DNA of 64,000 nt from Amoebophrya sp. A120 (Eukaryota; Protista; Dinoflagellata), in the NCBI GenBank assembly GCA_905178155.1, contig CAJINV010000004.1, forward strand, positions 11,267,655 through 11,331,654, given 5' to 3'. A model generated the notes under the pieces. The model made no database searches. It was not told where the DNA came from and saw only the letters and a program-made list of their open reading frames with translations. Below, one piece after another: positions 13,301-24,892 of this stretch. Every line of letters starts with the position of its first letter. Positions within the stretch are counted from its first letter, which is position 1. A program made the translations under genes and the position numbers.

Positions 13301-14425
13301 GGCAACATGCTCCCGCGCGGCGGCGTCAAGAAACGAAGAGGACTTAATGTTGTTCTCGTCCTCGTCGGCTGCTTTTGCAGTTGTAGTTGTGGTTGTTGTG
13401 GCAGTTTTATTTCTTGATGGATCCACCAGTTCCAGTTCTAATCGTATTGCGTCACTGCCCTTGTCTTCACCGCTTGTTTTCGGCTTCGCATCATGCTGCT
13501 GCCTTCCCGTCTGGTGTAGCTCTACTCTCTGTCTCGCGAACACCAGGTCAGCAATACGCTGGACGAAGCCGTTGTCCGCCGCCAGCTGTTCTTGCAGGTT
13601 TCTAGTTTGTTGATCGTGTGTTGCCGTCCCTGCACTACTCCCATGTTGGGCTGCGGTCGTGACAAGTTGTGTAGTTCTCACTGTAGCACCAGCTCCACTG
13701 CTGTGCTGCTGCGCGACAAATCGTTGCAACAATTTTCTCAACGGGTCTTGGATGCGGGCTTGTGCCACAGCGAGCGTGTTGAACAGCGCGCTCAGTTTCT
13801 CCTCTTCTCGTGCTGTGAAGGCGGCTGGAGCTGCACTTTCGTCCGCAATGAAAGAGGAAGTACTTCTGTTTGAGGTCTTTATTTCATTTTCGTGTTCCCT
13901 TTGCACTCCATTTCGATTTCCATCACCCCTCGCCGTCGTTGTTCTAGTGTGCATCACATACGCCGCTTGCGAGTACAGTTTCAGGAGCTGCGCGTACCCA
14001 GTCAGCAGCTGAAACCCCTCGTCTGCAACAAGCAGGTGGTCCTCTGTTCTTGGCCGCGGCGCACCACCAAGAGCGCTGGCTGGTGAATGTTCCGGCGACG
14101 TCTGACGCAGAGCTGCATCCGTACTTCTGTCGGCTTCCTGCAGTTCTCGAGTTACTACCTCCTCGTGGTTTATCGAGCTTATTTTGCTCTGATGAGCACC
14201 ACCACGCAGTTCTGCTTCTGGTTCTTCCTTGCCGTCCTGCAGCGAATGCCTCGTTGCAGCGGACGTTGCGCTTTCTGGTTTCAGATATGATGTCCTACTT
14301 CCGTGTTGCTGATCCACATCTTCGTCAAGAAGCTCGCGATCTGCTTGCGCCACGTCACTCATACGAACCAAAGAGTCGGCACGACCCGCCGCCTGACCAT
14401 TTTCTTCTTCCTCGTTTCCTGACAT
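10325..14425 (-). CDS. Large low-complexity protein with about 35 (P)PAVPxGKGA repeats; function unknown
   Basis: Uninterrupted 1366-aa ORF, short coiled-coil patches, Pro/Gly/Lys tandem repeats. No catalytic domain recognised. Confidence 0.75.
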   Translation of the reverse strand: MSGNEEEENGQAAGRADSLVRMSDVAQADRELLDEDVDQQHGSRTSYLKPESATSAATRHSLQDGKEEPEAELRGGAHQSKISSINHEEVVTRELQEADRSTDAALRQTSPEHSPASALGGAPRPRTEDHLLVADEGFQLLTGYAQLLKLYSQAAYVMHTRTTTARGDGNRNGVQREHENEIKTSNRSTSSFIADESAAPAAFTAREEEKLSALFNTLAVAQARIQDPLRKLLQRFVAQQHSSGAGATVRTTQLVTTAAQHGSSAGTATHDQQTRNLQEQLAADNGFVQRIADLVFARQRVELHQTGRQQHDAKPKTSGEDKGSDAIRLELELVDPSRNKTATTTTTTTAKAADEDENNIKSSSFLDAAAREHVARLERMVQEFQLELNQRRSEFFSLQRLDPSDSSPAEPPMFSLDLTADRGDRSVLQRPGGGSTTQGACGASTRGQLQESTSRGGKEQDQDDDEDDLDVQQLPRPLEILARRPVEDLGTSGSTTVVDLSRFQRALPQPRALSVRERRQNFIGAGDSKTPDSWSSPTTVESVARPVLAARGETLELGDKNKVENVQLHQALDHALHEQAGARRGPRPGKSFTRSKSEPRSVGGTTSEAALGAVGSVDVDVVVPGRKYFTESSAMGRILAGKFDFEEGLVSVSRDGGIQQEQSKEDKPAARRGVEEHPPASPSYHRRLKRVQERHSSLLELLSADGRSPALDFFYVAPAMDVIDQVRQAAEAGRELRLAAERGAPARRPGRDSEYEFGYTVEQEKAKAAALSLALDGPGKPAGKGAAVPAGKGAPAGKGGAPAVPSGKGAPAVPSGKGAPVVPSGKGAPAVPSGKGAPAVPSRAKGAPAVPSGKGAPAVPFGKGAPPAVPAGKGAAPAVPSGKGAPPAVPSGKGAPPAVPSGKSAPPAVPSVNGAPAVPPVKGGPAVPAGKGAPPAVPFGKGAPAVPAGKGAPPPVPSGKGAPPPVPSVKGAPAVPSVKGAPAVPPVKGAPAVPAGKGGPPAVPSGKGGAPPAVFLDKGAPPPAVPSVNKGAPPAVPSAKGVPDIAAAKGVPAVPPAKGVAPAVPSTKAGIPAVPPAPGKGAPPVPVPVKGAAPAPPVGPSSPKGGVPPVPLTGNKGAPASSAVPVTKGSPGQVGKGSAPPVPSKGVLAAPPVPAKGGSLSVPPTTSPLEPELAVSLMGKGKSPTKKPAPPAVPGSKPKGGDATSAVPEVENADNRSFGATGESPPGVAWTGYFKGPPLFSGSGGLGKQGAQLQAPAIEEDFVPRTTSTGVEETTRRVTAQTGGAAQHLPSPSPAGGGKQWYKGPPVPGATPRKGPAPGPEGKQAPKGPRKGSRMNNSGTGETAPATQRRSPDVDKTADTGGSYRE
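11000..12095 (-). repeat. Coding minisatellite with 27-33-bp units ([10 protein letters not shown])
   Basis: Repeated cccttccccgatggaactgcaggtggagcg-type units on the + strand. Confidence 0.9.
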
Positions 14426-15384
14426 CTCAGGCGGTTAAGGATGTGAGCTCAGCGGTCTGTATAGGTTTCGTGTGCTGATGTTGTCGAGGAGTCAGTAAAA
14501 AACCAAGCCTTAAGAAAACCTCGAGTCCACCTCCAGTTATTATACTTGCTTAAGCATATAATGCCACGGTGGAAAGAGCTAGATCAATACTAATAAATAG
14601 CTGCTGCACCCACCACCGCTAGGGGACTGACAAGACCCGAGCTTTATCTGCTGACAGCCAGCGGTGGTGGGTGCGAGGTCGAAACTTTACTTCGAAACGT
14701 GAAATAAACAAAACGATTGAGGGAAGGAAAATCTTGAAGCTACGACTTCGATTGTTTCTACTTGAAGCGAGAACTACTAGTAGGGACAAACAAAACACAA
14801 CCAAAAACAGATACACCTGTGTCACGAAATCGCAATCGAATGGAAAAAGATATAATCAAAGCAATGGACTTTCACTTGTAACAAGTGAACGTCGAGCAAG
14901 CCGCGAACAGCGAGCAGTAACGACTCAACAGCACGAAGGAGCAACGTGGACGACAGTTACACGCAGGACGACAGGACGCACGAGAATCACGAAGGAACGC
15001 AGCACGAAAAGCGAAAGGAGTTTTCCAGAACGAGTCAGTACAGTGCCAAACAATGATCCTTGAACGACATTGCTAGAGCTGCATGATAAACAAGAAAAGC
15101 AGCAAACGGGTGGAAACCAACACAAAAAAAAAAATATGACCCGATGAAAACGACCGTACAAACAGAATGGCGTCAACCGCAGTGAACATGGTAGAACAAA
15201 TGAGTAGTACGCGGTTTGGGTGAGCACCGGAACTCAGAAAGTGTCTGAGCGTAGGCCTCATCGACTGTTTCGTGTTCATTCTTGTTTGCTGGATACATTG
15301 ACTTTATCAGAGAGAGACTGAGACGGTTTCTTCGACTGCAAAAAACACAACATCATCATCAACAACGTTTCTTCTATGCTCCTT

Positions 15385-16825
15385 CTAGTAGCTCTGCGGC
15401 GCCCCCTGCACCCCACTGTCGCCGTCGTTTTCCTCCTCCTGCGCCTCCTCCATTTTTTCCTGCACGAAGCGCTTCGTCGCTTCCGCCTGTTCCCGCGCGT
15501 CCTGGAGCTGTTGTAGCTGGTCCGCGAGTTTCGCCGTGGACTTGGGCTTGTGCGGCACGATCTTGAAGGGCATCCTCGGCTTCATGACGGGCTTGGCAAA
15601 ACTTTCCGGGCGGCCCTGCGCGCGCCGAATGTTTTCCAGAAAGGTGTGGTGCTCTTGCCGGAGCGAGGGCTTCGTGCTGGCCACGCGCGGGAGGGGCAAA
15701 CCGCCGCCCACCAGTTTTGCCTCCTCCGCCTCGAGAAACCGCATGTCCGTCAGGTCCGGCTCGTTCGGCCGCAGCACGTCCGGCGACACCGCGGGTGCGC
15801 GGGGCCGAATGCCGTCGTCCGCATGCGGGTTCGCCTCCCGGTCCAGGGGGATAGGCTGGTTCCCCGGGTCGGCGTTGGGGTCCATGCCGTTCTGCGCCAT
15901 GAAAGCGTCAATCTCTTCCTCCGTCCACTCCGCGTCCTTCGGTGGTGGCGGGGGCGGCGGCGGGGGCGGCGCTTGGTCCTCCTCCTCCTTTTTCCCCATC
16001 AGCTCTGCCTGCCCCTCCGGCGTCATCATTTTCTTCTGCTTCTCAAACTGCTCTTTCTGCTCCGGCGTCAGGTTCTTCTTCTCCTCTTCAATTTTTTCCT
16101 TCTGCTCGTCTGTCATATCCTCCTCGGCGCTCTCCATCTCCTCTTTCAGCAGCTTTCCGGGCGTGTAAGAGAGAAAAAAGCTAGCTAGAAGTCAACACGT
16201 TTGCCCTCCTAGGTACTGCTATCCTCTGTGTCTGTTGCAAACATGGGCGAGACTACTCATTCATCGTTGCAAAATAAACACATTTCAAATGCTAGCTTTT
16301 ATTTTCTCGCGGATCATAAGTCGTTTCGTCCACCGCATCATCGGGGCCAGCCTTCGTATCACTCGAGTTCTCGTCCGCAGTCTGCATTGTGTCGCTGTCC
16401 ATGAACGCGGTAGACGACCGACTTCTTTTTGAAACTACCGACAAAAATATCTCGTTTTTTTTCGAGAAGTCGTTTAACTTGATTCGCACTCTGCTGCTGC
16501 TGCTGCTGTTTTTTTGCCCTGACAGGAGAGACAGACTGTGGCTCGGCGCACCATGTAGTTCAGGAGGTTCTACTTCGCGTTGTACTAGCGTCTTCCAGTT
16601 GTCCCCGCCCAGTGGTTGCGACACGAAGAACGTTCTTTTATTTCCGGGCGTCTTCCTCGAACATCCGACGAGGCTTTCGACGGCGAGGACGGCCCATGAC
16701 TTCATCACCGAACCTGTCGCGGTCGTGGCCAGGGCGTCGACTGGGCTTCTGCTAGCATTTCCGCTCATTTTTTCCGCCCACCAGTGCTCCTGCTGTTCCA
16801 TGACAGCTTTCATTCCGACTGGCAT
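15385..16825 (-). CDS. Acidic/poly-Pro coding exons, probably the 3' part of the coiled-coil gene or a separate gene
   Basis: ORFs 15385-16137 (GC3-rich, E/K-rich, poly-P) and 16292-16825. No family recognised. Confidence 0.6.
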
Positions 16826-17519
16826 GTTTTTTCGGTTTGTTCATCTCAGGTACAAGCACAAAAGCAAGGAAGTGATCGTCGCACTTCTACGTCTGGCAGA
16901 AATGCGGGTCTGTCACTGTCTACTTGTACATGTTTACACTACCCACACTACCTCCCCTTTATCCCAACTCTTAGAAGTCTACTCCTTTTTCTACATCCGA
17001 GAGCGACTTCTTGTGCCATCGCGTCATATTGCAAGTAAATCAGCGGAGATAATAAGCGAATCATACGAAGACTTATCGTAATATCACCAGCACTTTAACG
17101 ACGTTCCAGCAACGATTCTGCGAGTTCCATGAAAAACCACGAGCGATTTCTTGTTCAGCGATTCCGTTTACGATATAGAATTCGCACTGTCGACGCGATT
17201 GCTCCGAAGATAGTACAACCTAAGTGCAAAGCTACCACTGGCCGGCGCTGGGGCTGGCTTAGGCGTTCTTGCCGAAGAACTTTCAAAATGCAGCATCGTG
17301 ATCGTCGCATGTTAGCCACAAAAACAATCTGCCTCAAGCCGGGTACACGAGGACCTCGTGAAGTATCCTTCCATGATCAATCACGACCGAACATGGAAGT
17401 GGAAGTTGTAGCACTAGATGTGGATTGGAGTACTCAAATCAAAGATGGTCGTGTAGGACAACATGTAGTACAGCGTTTCGCAGTTAGTCCTTGAGTTGGT
17501 GTAGGTAGTCAAAGAGCTT

Positions 17520-20500
17520 CTATCGCAGCGCGAAGCGACGAAGCTCTCCCTTCAACTCAACGACCCGGCTTTTTTCCTCGTTCAGCCGAACCTTCTCGTC
17601 CGCGAGCGTTTGCACGAACTTCGATTTTTCCTTTTGCAGGGAATCCCGGAACCGCCGGTCCGCGTCCTCCAGGAGCTTCAGATACTCCTGTTTTGCCCTC
17701 TTCACTTCCACCTCTGCTTGTGACTTCACGCTGTTGATCTGGACGCCGAGCTCACGCTCGAATTGGAGACCTGTTTTGGTTGCGAGAACGGAAATTTTGG
17801 GGTTACTTCTTTTGCAGCATGAAGCTCCACATTTCAGTTCGACGGAGACCAAAAGTTCAGGCCGACGTTCCTGGGGGAACAGCAAACCAGTAAAAATCAT
17901 GCACTACTTACACTCAGATGATAAGGAGCTTGAACTGTCTTGAGATTTGATCTTTGTCGTAAACAAAAGTGATAAATATGATAATGTGCGGTCAGGAAAA
18001 AAAATGGCTTTTGCAGTAAACGAAAAGCAAAAAAAACCGAATGAGTACGGTCTTGCTCCCGTTTTCGCTGCAGTTCCGTTTCTTTCCGCTTGCTCTGCTC
18101 TAGTTGGTACGCCAGATCCGCGGTGTCCTCCTGGTAGCGCTGCTTCAGTTTTTCGTGCGCTCGGTTCTCCTTCTCCTGTTCCGTTTTCAGCCAGGCGATC
18201 GACTTCTGCGCTTCCTCGAAGTAGCCGAACAGGCTCTGGTTATCCTTGTCCTTGTCCAAAACGAGCTCTCCGACCTTGTTCGCCTCGGCCGCCAGCTCCG
18301 TCACGCGCGACTTCAGTTTACCTCACAGAACGTGATTTGCAGATTGCAACACGAGTTGTACCTACTATGAGTTTGCAAGGGCAAGTAAAACTCACACGAA
18401 AAGTATAATAATTCGCATCATCATCTCTAAACTAGAGGATACCGCTGTCCTCGCTACATTTCGCGAGCGCCTTTTCGTACTTTTCCCGTACACCCTGCAT
18501 CTGGGCTTGGTGTTCCTCGCGCCACTTCTCGTATTGGAGCCTTAGCTTCTCCGACTGCTTACGCTCATGCGAAAGATTCTCTTCCACAATGCGGCTACGC
18601 TCGACGGCCTCCGCGGCGGCCAACTGGAGACGATGGAGCTCCTGATAGTAGTGTCAAGATTTTACTTGCAGTTCCTGGTCGTAGGCCACTGTGTTTACTC
18701 AATTGCAAACTTTTAAATGCCGCCCGGAAAGAACTATATAAGAAAGTACCTCTGTTTTCCCTTTCGCCTCCTCCTCCTTCTCCATCAGCATTTCCTTTGC
18801 CTTTTCCTCTGTGTTATCCCCTGCAAAACAAAAGTCTTACAGCGGGTCTTCGCCTACTTCACTTCTGGCTCTGACCAGGAACCAGAACGTCAAAGAAACG
18901 CATCGTCACGAGTCATGCCTTGATGCTTCTAGCTCCTTGAAGCTCTTCAGCGGAATTCTCTATATTCCGGTATGATTCGATGAAAATGATTCACCACAGA
19001 TGACAGGAGCTGCCTGTAGTTGCAGTACATAGAAGTCACGCTCAGTTATAGCTTGTATGTAAGGAGAACGAGCGAGGACCGCACGACCCAAGAGCTTGTT
19101 TTGCAGAGAGTTGCGTATTCATGCAGCCTGAAGCGTATCTCCTGCTTGTAGTCTTTTTCCAATCCTTCCAAATTTCCGTATCCTGTGGAAAAACGTCCCC
19201 ATACCAGAGTCAAGATGGGAAAGTTGCTAGACAAATCAACCAGCTTTGTTTGTTTCGCATGACAAGTTTGGCCTCGCAGGGTCATCCTGTTTAGCTACTA
19301 CAGCAGCATCACAGATCTAGCACGTGATGCTGTTTCTAGCATCACAAATTCCAAAACGCGAATAGGAGTTGCTTCTCATGGGGCTCCGCATCATCATCAT
19401 CATCATGTAGTGGACACCCGCTCCCAGCGCCACAGGTCAAGGATCCCCTCCCCGGGGGGTGGGCGAGGAAGCACTTTCGGCAACCTCATCATACAAAAGC
19501 CGAGCGCTACCACGGCAAGTCGCCCCAAGAAAAGTACCAACCAGTCGGAAACTTTTTTGGGATGCAGATTTGCATGACAACTCTGAGGTGGGGACGTTTT
19601 TACACAGGATATTCCGGCCAGTTGCTTTATCTTTTCGCTCAGCACCTGCTCGTTCCCCCGCGTCGCCAGCTCCAGGTCCCGCCGGTCCTGCTGCAACTTC
19701 CGCACCATCAGATCCTTGCTGGCGCTTATCAAAATGAAAAATCCCCCCTCCCCATACTGGAGCGGAGATTTGTGTAGCATGATTTGAGACCACAAATCGC
19801 GTTGTCATGCTAGAAGGCAAAAGAAGCAAACTCTAGTGCTGGGTGGCGTAGGAGAGCCTTGCGTCTTCAGCATGACAGGAGGCCAAGGTAAATGGAAAAC
19901 AGCATGACAAATGGCCTGCAAAGGAGGGAGCAGCTGCGTCTCTTGGCCTTCTAGCAAAACTACAAGTCAATTTGTGTACTCAAATACAGCAACACAAATT
20001 TCGTTTTCGATATGGGGAGGGGGGATTTTTCCTTTATTTGATAGCGCTGGTTTCTACCTCCCGCAGCAGCTGCTCCTCGCGGTGGCCCCAGGCGAGCCGA
20101 GCCTCCGCGAACAGCTTTTCCATCTGCTTATTCTCCTCTTCCAACTGCGACAGTCGCGACTGGAACAGGTCCCGGTCCTTGTACAGATCGATGGCTTCCG
20201 CGTCCGCCACCTTCTTGTCGAGCTTCAAGGCCTCGTTCTCCGCGCGGAACCGCTTCAGATCATCCTGCAACAGCTGCACGTTTCGGGCCATGTCCGTCCC
20301 CATCGCGTGCCCCGCTTCGGAAAAGGTCGCCACCTTCTCCTCGTAGTTGCGCTGGAGTATCGCGCACGGAAAAAAGCTACTAGCATACTGAAATGTTGCA
20401 CAAATGAATCGCATATCGTACAACAAAGCATCCTAGTACCGGCTCCAATAATAAATGTGTGCTTTTTCTAATCAAATTTTTTTTTGCAGTAGTACAAACA

Positions 20501-23500
20501 TGATCCGCTAGAAGTAGCTGCTTTCTTCCGCGTGATAAGGATGTTCTCGATCTCCAACTGGTAATTCTCCTGAAACTTCTTTTTTTGGTCCGCAACCTGT
20601 TCCCGCAGCAAGTCACAATTGACCTGCGCGGTGTGGACGGTGTCCTCGTGCTCGCGATTCTTCTTCTGCAGGGATTCCAACAGACTCTGCTTCTCGACGT
20701 TCTCTGACCTGACCTGTTGCAGCTCCTCGTTCAGCTGCGCGCACGTCGTCTTTGCGTTGCGAATCAGCTCCTCCGCGTCGTTTTTGTACCGCAAACCCTC
20801 GTCCATAATTCCCTCGAACTCCAGGCGCTCGGCGGAAAAAGCTTCGCGCTCCTCGCGTAAGCTGGTCTCCAGCTGCTGAATCTGTGCGGCGGCGGCACCC
20901 GCGTCCTTGGCGTGTTTCACCTTTGTGATTGTCCATCTTGTTTTGATGTTTTGTTCGACGTAGGAGCAGTGAGAGAACAACTCCTCGCTTACGTTTCGTG
21001 TTCGACGTTTTCCTCATCGATCTGATCTCGACCACGTCAACAACAAAATTACAAAGTTTCATATTTAAGATAAAGTACTTCATGATGCCTGATTTCAAAT
21101 TCAATACAAGAAAGGCAGCGGTAGTTCATCAAGTACTAACTTAATACTTTCACTTGATCCACTTCTGCTTGCAGCTGCGCGTGACGCAATTGCCCCGACG
21201 CTACCTCGTTCTTCCGGGCCCGCTTCTCCTCCTGGAGTTCCGTATTGAGCGCTTGCACGCGTTTGCGCAAATCCGCTTCCGTATCCGCGCATTTTGCGAA
21301 TTTTTTCTTCAGATCCGCCACGGCCTGCCGGCTGATCTGCAGCAGGATCTCGTGGTAGAAGGACTCAAACTCCGCCCGCGCGTTATTCCGCAAATCGAAG
21401 TAGTTCGCCCGCACGTGGCGCAGTTCCGCGTGGAGGGACTGCAGCAACTTCTTGACCCGCTGCTTGAAGGCCGCGTGCGCGGTCGTCGTGCGGGCGCGCA
21501 CCTCCTCGAGCCGCGCTTCCAGCCCTCGCAGCTCCTCCGCGTGGGCCTCGCTCCGTGTTTCCTGCAGCTGTTCGTGCTTCACAACGGTCAGCTGCAGCTC
21601 TTTCTCCTTCGCGAGCACCTCGTCGTATCGAATGCAAACATGTCTGGGTCTGGAAGAATACGAACTTGTGATGCGCATTTCAGAACACACAAAAATTTCT
21701 CATGCATAGGCAGCAACAGTTGCCCACTTTCTGTCACCAAATTCAGGGATTTGTCATGCGGATTCGGCATTGCGAAGGCTTCTCGAAACCTGTGACGCTA
21801 GAGCTTCCATGCCAGACCTTCTGTGTCATGCAAAAACAGCATGACTCTCTCTTCCAGACCCAGACATATTTGCATTTGATACGTCGGTCAGAAGCGCGAT
21901 CTGCTTCTCCTGGGTCTCAAACTGTGCGTGCAGCTGTCGGTTGGAATCCTGCGTGGTCACCAGGTTTTGGAGCACGTTTTCGTTTATCCAATGCAAAAAT
22001 GTCTGGGTCTGGAAGAGTCACACTGTTTTTGCATGACGCAAAAGGTCTGGCATGGAAGCTCTAGCATCACAGGTTTCGAGAAGCTTCCGCAATGCCGAAT
22101 CCGCATGACAAATCCCCCATTTCGGTGACAGAAAGTGTGCAACTTTTGCTGCCTGCTATGCATGAGAGATTTTTCTGTGTTCTGAAATGCGCATCACAAG
22201 TTTGTATTTTTCCAGACCCAGACATTTTTGCATTTGATATCGTTCGTCTGTTGCTGGTGCGCCAGCTCGTTCTGCAGCTGTGCCACCCGACGCTGCGCGT
22301 CCGCGAGCGAAGACTCCGTGAGCTGGCGGTCGTGCTCTCTGGCTGCGGCGTCCGCGCGCTCCGACACAGCGGAAAGCGGTTGGATGTTGCCTGTTGTACT
22401 GTAATTTTGCTTGTCCTTGTTTTCGACATTTCGTACGCCGCTCCGTGCCTCGCGAGCAGGTCCTCGCGTTGATTCCGGAATTCCCTTCGCCGACCGTGGC
22501 ATCTTCCCCTCGGCCGCGAGGTTAGTAGTTGTAGTACTTCCAGTTTGCACGCCCAATCGCAAATCCGCTTGGCGGAGGAAGCGTCGCGCTGGCGAGCTTA
22601 TTGTTTCGCCCTCTGCGGAAGAGTAAACGAAAACCCCCTGTTGATGCGGGTGCACGCCCGGTGGAAAAGAACCACGCACCCGGGCGCCGCCTTGCTGCTC
22701 AAAGCTCGCCGCAGCAGAAGATACCCCGACGTCAACTGGCTGGACAACTTCTACACCCGCCGGAATGTTGTTTCTTGCACCGCCGGCATTCGTTGCGTCG
22801 ACGGCAATATTAGAAGTCCCAGCTTCTACTTCTGTTTTATCAATACTAGTTCCACCACCCCCTGCTGCTCTGTAGCTCTTTTGCTGGCTCTCTTCCCGCC
22901 AGCGCTCAAAATCCGCGCGCGTTCGCTCCTCGATGGACGAAGATGTTGTATTTGCCGCTACGCTTCGTTGATGTTCTCCTATTCCGGCTCCGGGCGAAGC
23001 CGAATTAGAGGACGAGCGACCGACAACTACACCGTTACCTTTCGCTTTCACCATCGTTTCCAGCAAAGCTTGCTGTCTCGGACCGGGTGAAATAGCACTT
23101 TCGTAACTCGCCGAACCGGATTTTTCTTCTCCGGGAGACCCAAAGAATTCGTTGTCTTCGGCGAGGGCGTGTTCGACCACGGGCAGAATTTTTTCACTAC
23201 TTCCAGGCGGGTGTTGGTTCAAAACATCTGCACCAGCATCTCCCTGTAGAAGTTCTGGTTGCCGTAGCGGTGACACTACCACGTTCAGATTGCTACTGCG
23301 AGAAGTAGTTCTTGCACTCTGCCCAGGCAAGGAAATCCCGGCAGCCTGCTGGTGCGAGGTCGAAGAGCCCGCGTCACCGGAGAATGCGGCATCTTCGCCC
23401 ACGATCTGCTTCAGGTATTCGTCGATCTCCCTTTGGTATACCGCGTTCTGCTCCGCCAGCGACGGCTTCGATTTTGCAGCTGGGTCGTCGTTCTTTCCCG

Positions 23501-23753
23501 TATTTCCACCTACTGCAGCATTGATTTTATTGCCGCTCGTCGACGTTTGGGGGGCACGCACTGCAGTCGTCGTTGAAGTAGTGGCAGTTGCAAAACACGT
23601 GCTGGGCCCGCTTTGCCCGGTGCCCACCAGAACTCCTGCGGGATGCAGGGTCGCGGTGGAGTTGTGCTGGTGGACACGAGTTCCTTCTGGGGCGATCGAT
23701 GTTCCTTGTTCACCTTCGCCAAGGGGATCGCGTGGAATAAATGGGTCCGCCAT
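17520..23753 (-). CDS. Long multi-exon coiled-coil protein
   Basis: Disordered N-terminus (MADPFIPRD...), then heptad-rich E/K/Q/L exons that join in frame across five introners (QTN-ENVL, LTD-EVLAK, ENIL-RNYE, ETSA-SKDL, LAG-NLEG). Confidence 0.75.
19179..19611. mobile_element. Introner family D (TIR TATCCTGTG.AAAAACGTCCCCA...), enlarged by an internal insertion
   Basis: About 32-bp TIR, TSD ttccg, in-frame LAG-NLEG. Confidence 0.9.
19727..20043. mobile_element. Introner family C copy C1 (TIR TATCAAA...GAAAAATCCCCCCTCCCCATA)
   Basis: About 30-bp TIR, TSD gcgct, in-frame ETSA-SKDLM. Confidence 0.9.
20358..20537. mobile_element. Aged introner in the coiled-coil gene
   Basis: Ends tatcgcgcacggaaaaaagctac versus (rc) tatcacgcggaagaaagcagctac. 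Flanks tggag/aggat. In-frame join. Confidence 0.7.
21626..21881. mobile_element. Introner family A copy A2
   Basis: Family A TIR, TSD cgtcg. Confidence 0.95.
21985..22239. mobile_element. Introner family A copy A3, an inverted close relative of A2
   Basis: Family A TIR, TSD tcgtt. Interior closely matches the reverse complement of A2. Confidence 0.95.
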
Positions 23754-24892
23754 AATATCGACTTTTTTATTCCGGGCCTTTTGCTTTTCACTCACTGGAG
23801 GAATCAGGTCGTTATCATTTCCGAATGAGTTTATCTATAAAGTTTAACCCTACTCCGAATCCGATGTAATAGAAGCAAACGAATTAAGTGGTTTGCAGCA
23901 ATTAAAACTTGTGCCACCTTCAACCCCCGAGCTGCTAAGTGGTTTGGACTCAGCTAAGATGCGCCACGAGACCACCAGGTGTAACAGAGACGCAGATGGT
24001 CGTTTAGTCTTTGCCTCAAACAAAATCTTCTCACAAGCATGATCGGAAGAAGACGATTTATCTTCACAATCACAAACATTGCTTTTCTTCTTCTCTTACT
24101 AGCATAACTCCCTGTAGAAGTTGTATGCGACATTCTGCCTTTTTGCGCAGCTCCAGAAAAAATGCGATGATACGACTGAGGAGGGCAACACCCGCTGGCC
24201 GACCATCAGCTCGCAGCAGCAGAGCAGACGCAGATCTCTTCCAGCATGGTAAAGCCATACCGTCCTTCGTCCTCCTTGAAATCCAATAGACACGACACGG
24301 GACGAAAAACTGATGGACTGTGCCAAGGGGACCAGATCATGTGCGCAGGGATGGGCCGTCGACAGTGCTCGTCATTGAGCGAACAGTTCGTTGACAATGC
24401 TCCGTCGGAGAACAAACAACGACCTCATTTTGGTCTTTCCTCGCTCGCCTCATCAACACAGCATTGTTTTTTTTGTCTATAGTTCGAGTACTTACATAGT
24501 AAAATGATTTGCAATGCAAAATCCAAACGAAGTACCTACTAGTTTCAGTAGCGCAACGTAGCTGGGGGAAACAGAAACTGCGTTAGAGTCAGTGTGTACT
24601 AACGTGCTTTTGGGGATCTAAAGGGGAGTTGGTTTTTCCTCTTCGTAGTTTGATCGAAAGCTGATAAATATATCATCGGCAAGGGAAAATTAATTGGGGC
24701 TACAGGTAGGTGACAAAAATAGCGTGAATTTCTAAAATGGTTAACGAGAAAGTTCTGAATCTGATGGGAAAAAAAAAAATATTTCTAGTACAACACCAGT
24801 AGAAGTATCAAAATACGTACTATATGCGTGATAAGAACGAGTAATATCAAACAGAAACAGCTTAGTCAGCAAATGCAGATAGGTCATCGTTC

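Noticed and set aside
10325-14425. Formin call for the Pro-rich protein
   Set aside because: FH1-like composition only. No FH2 domain is recognisable in or downstream of the ORF.
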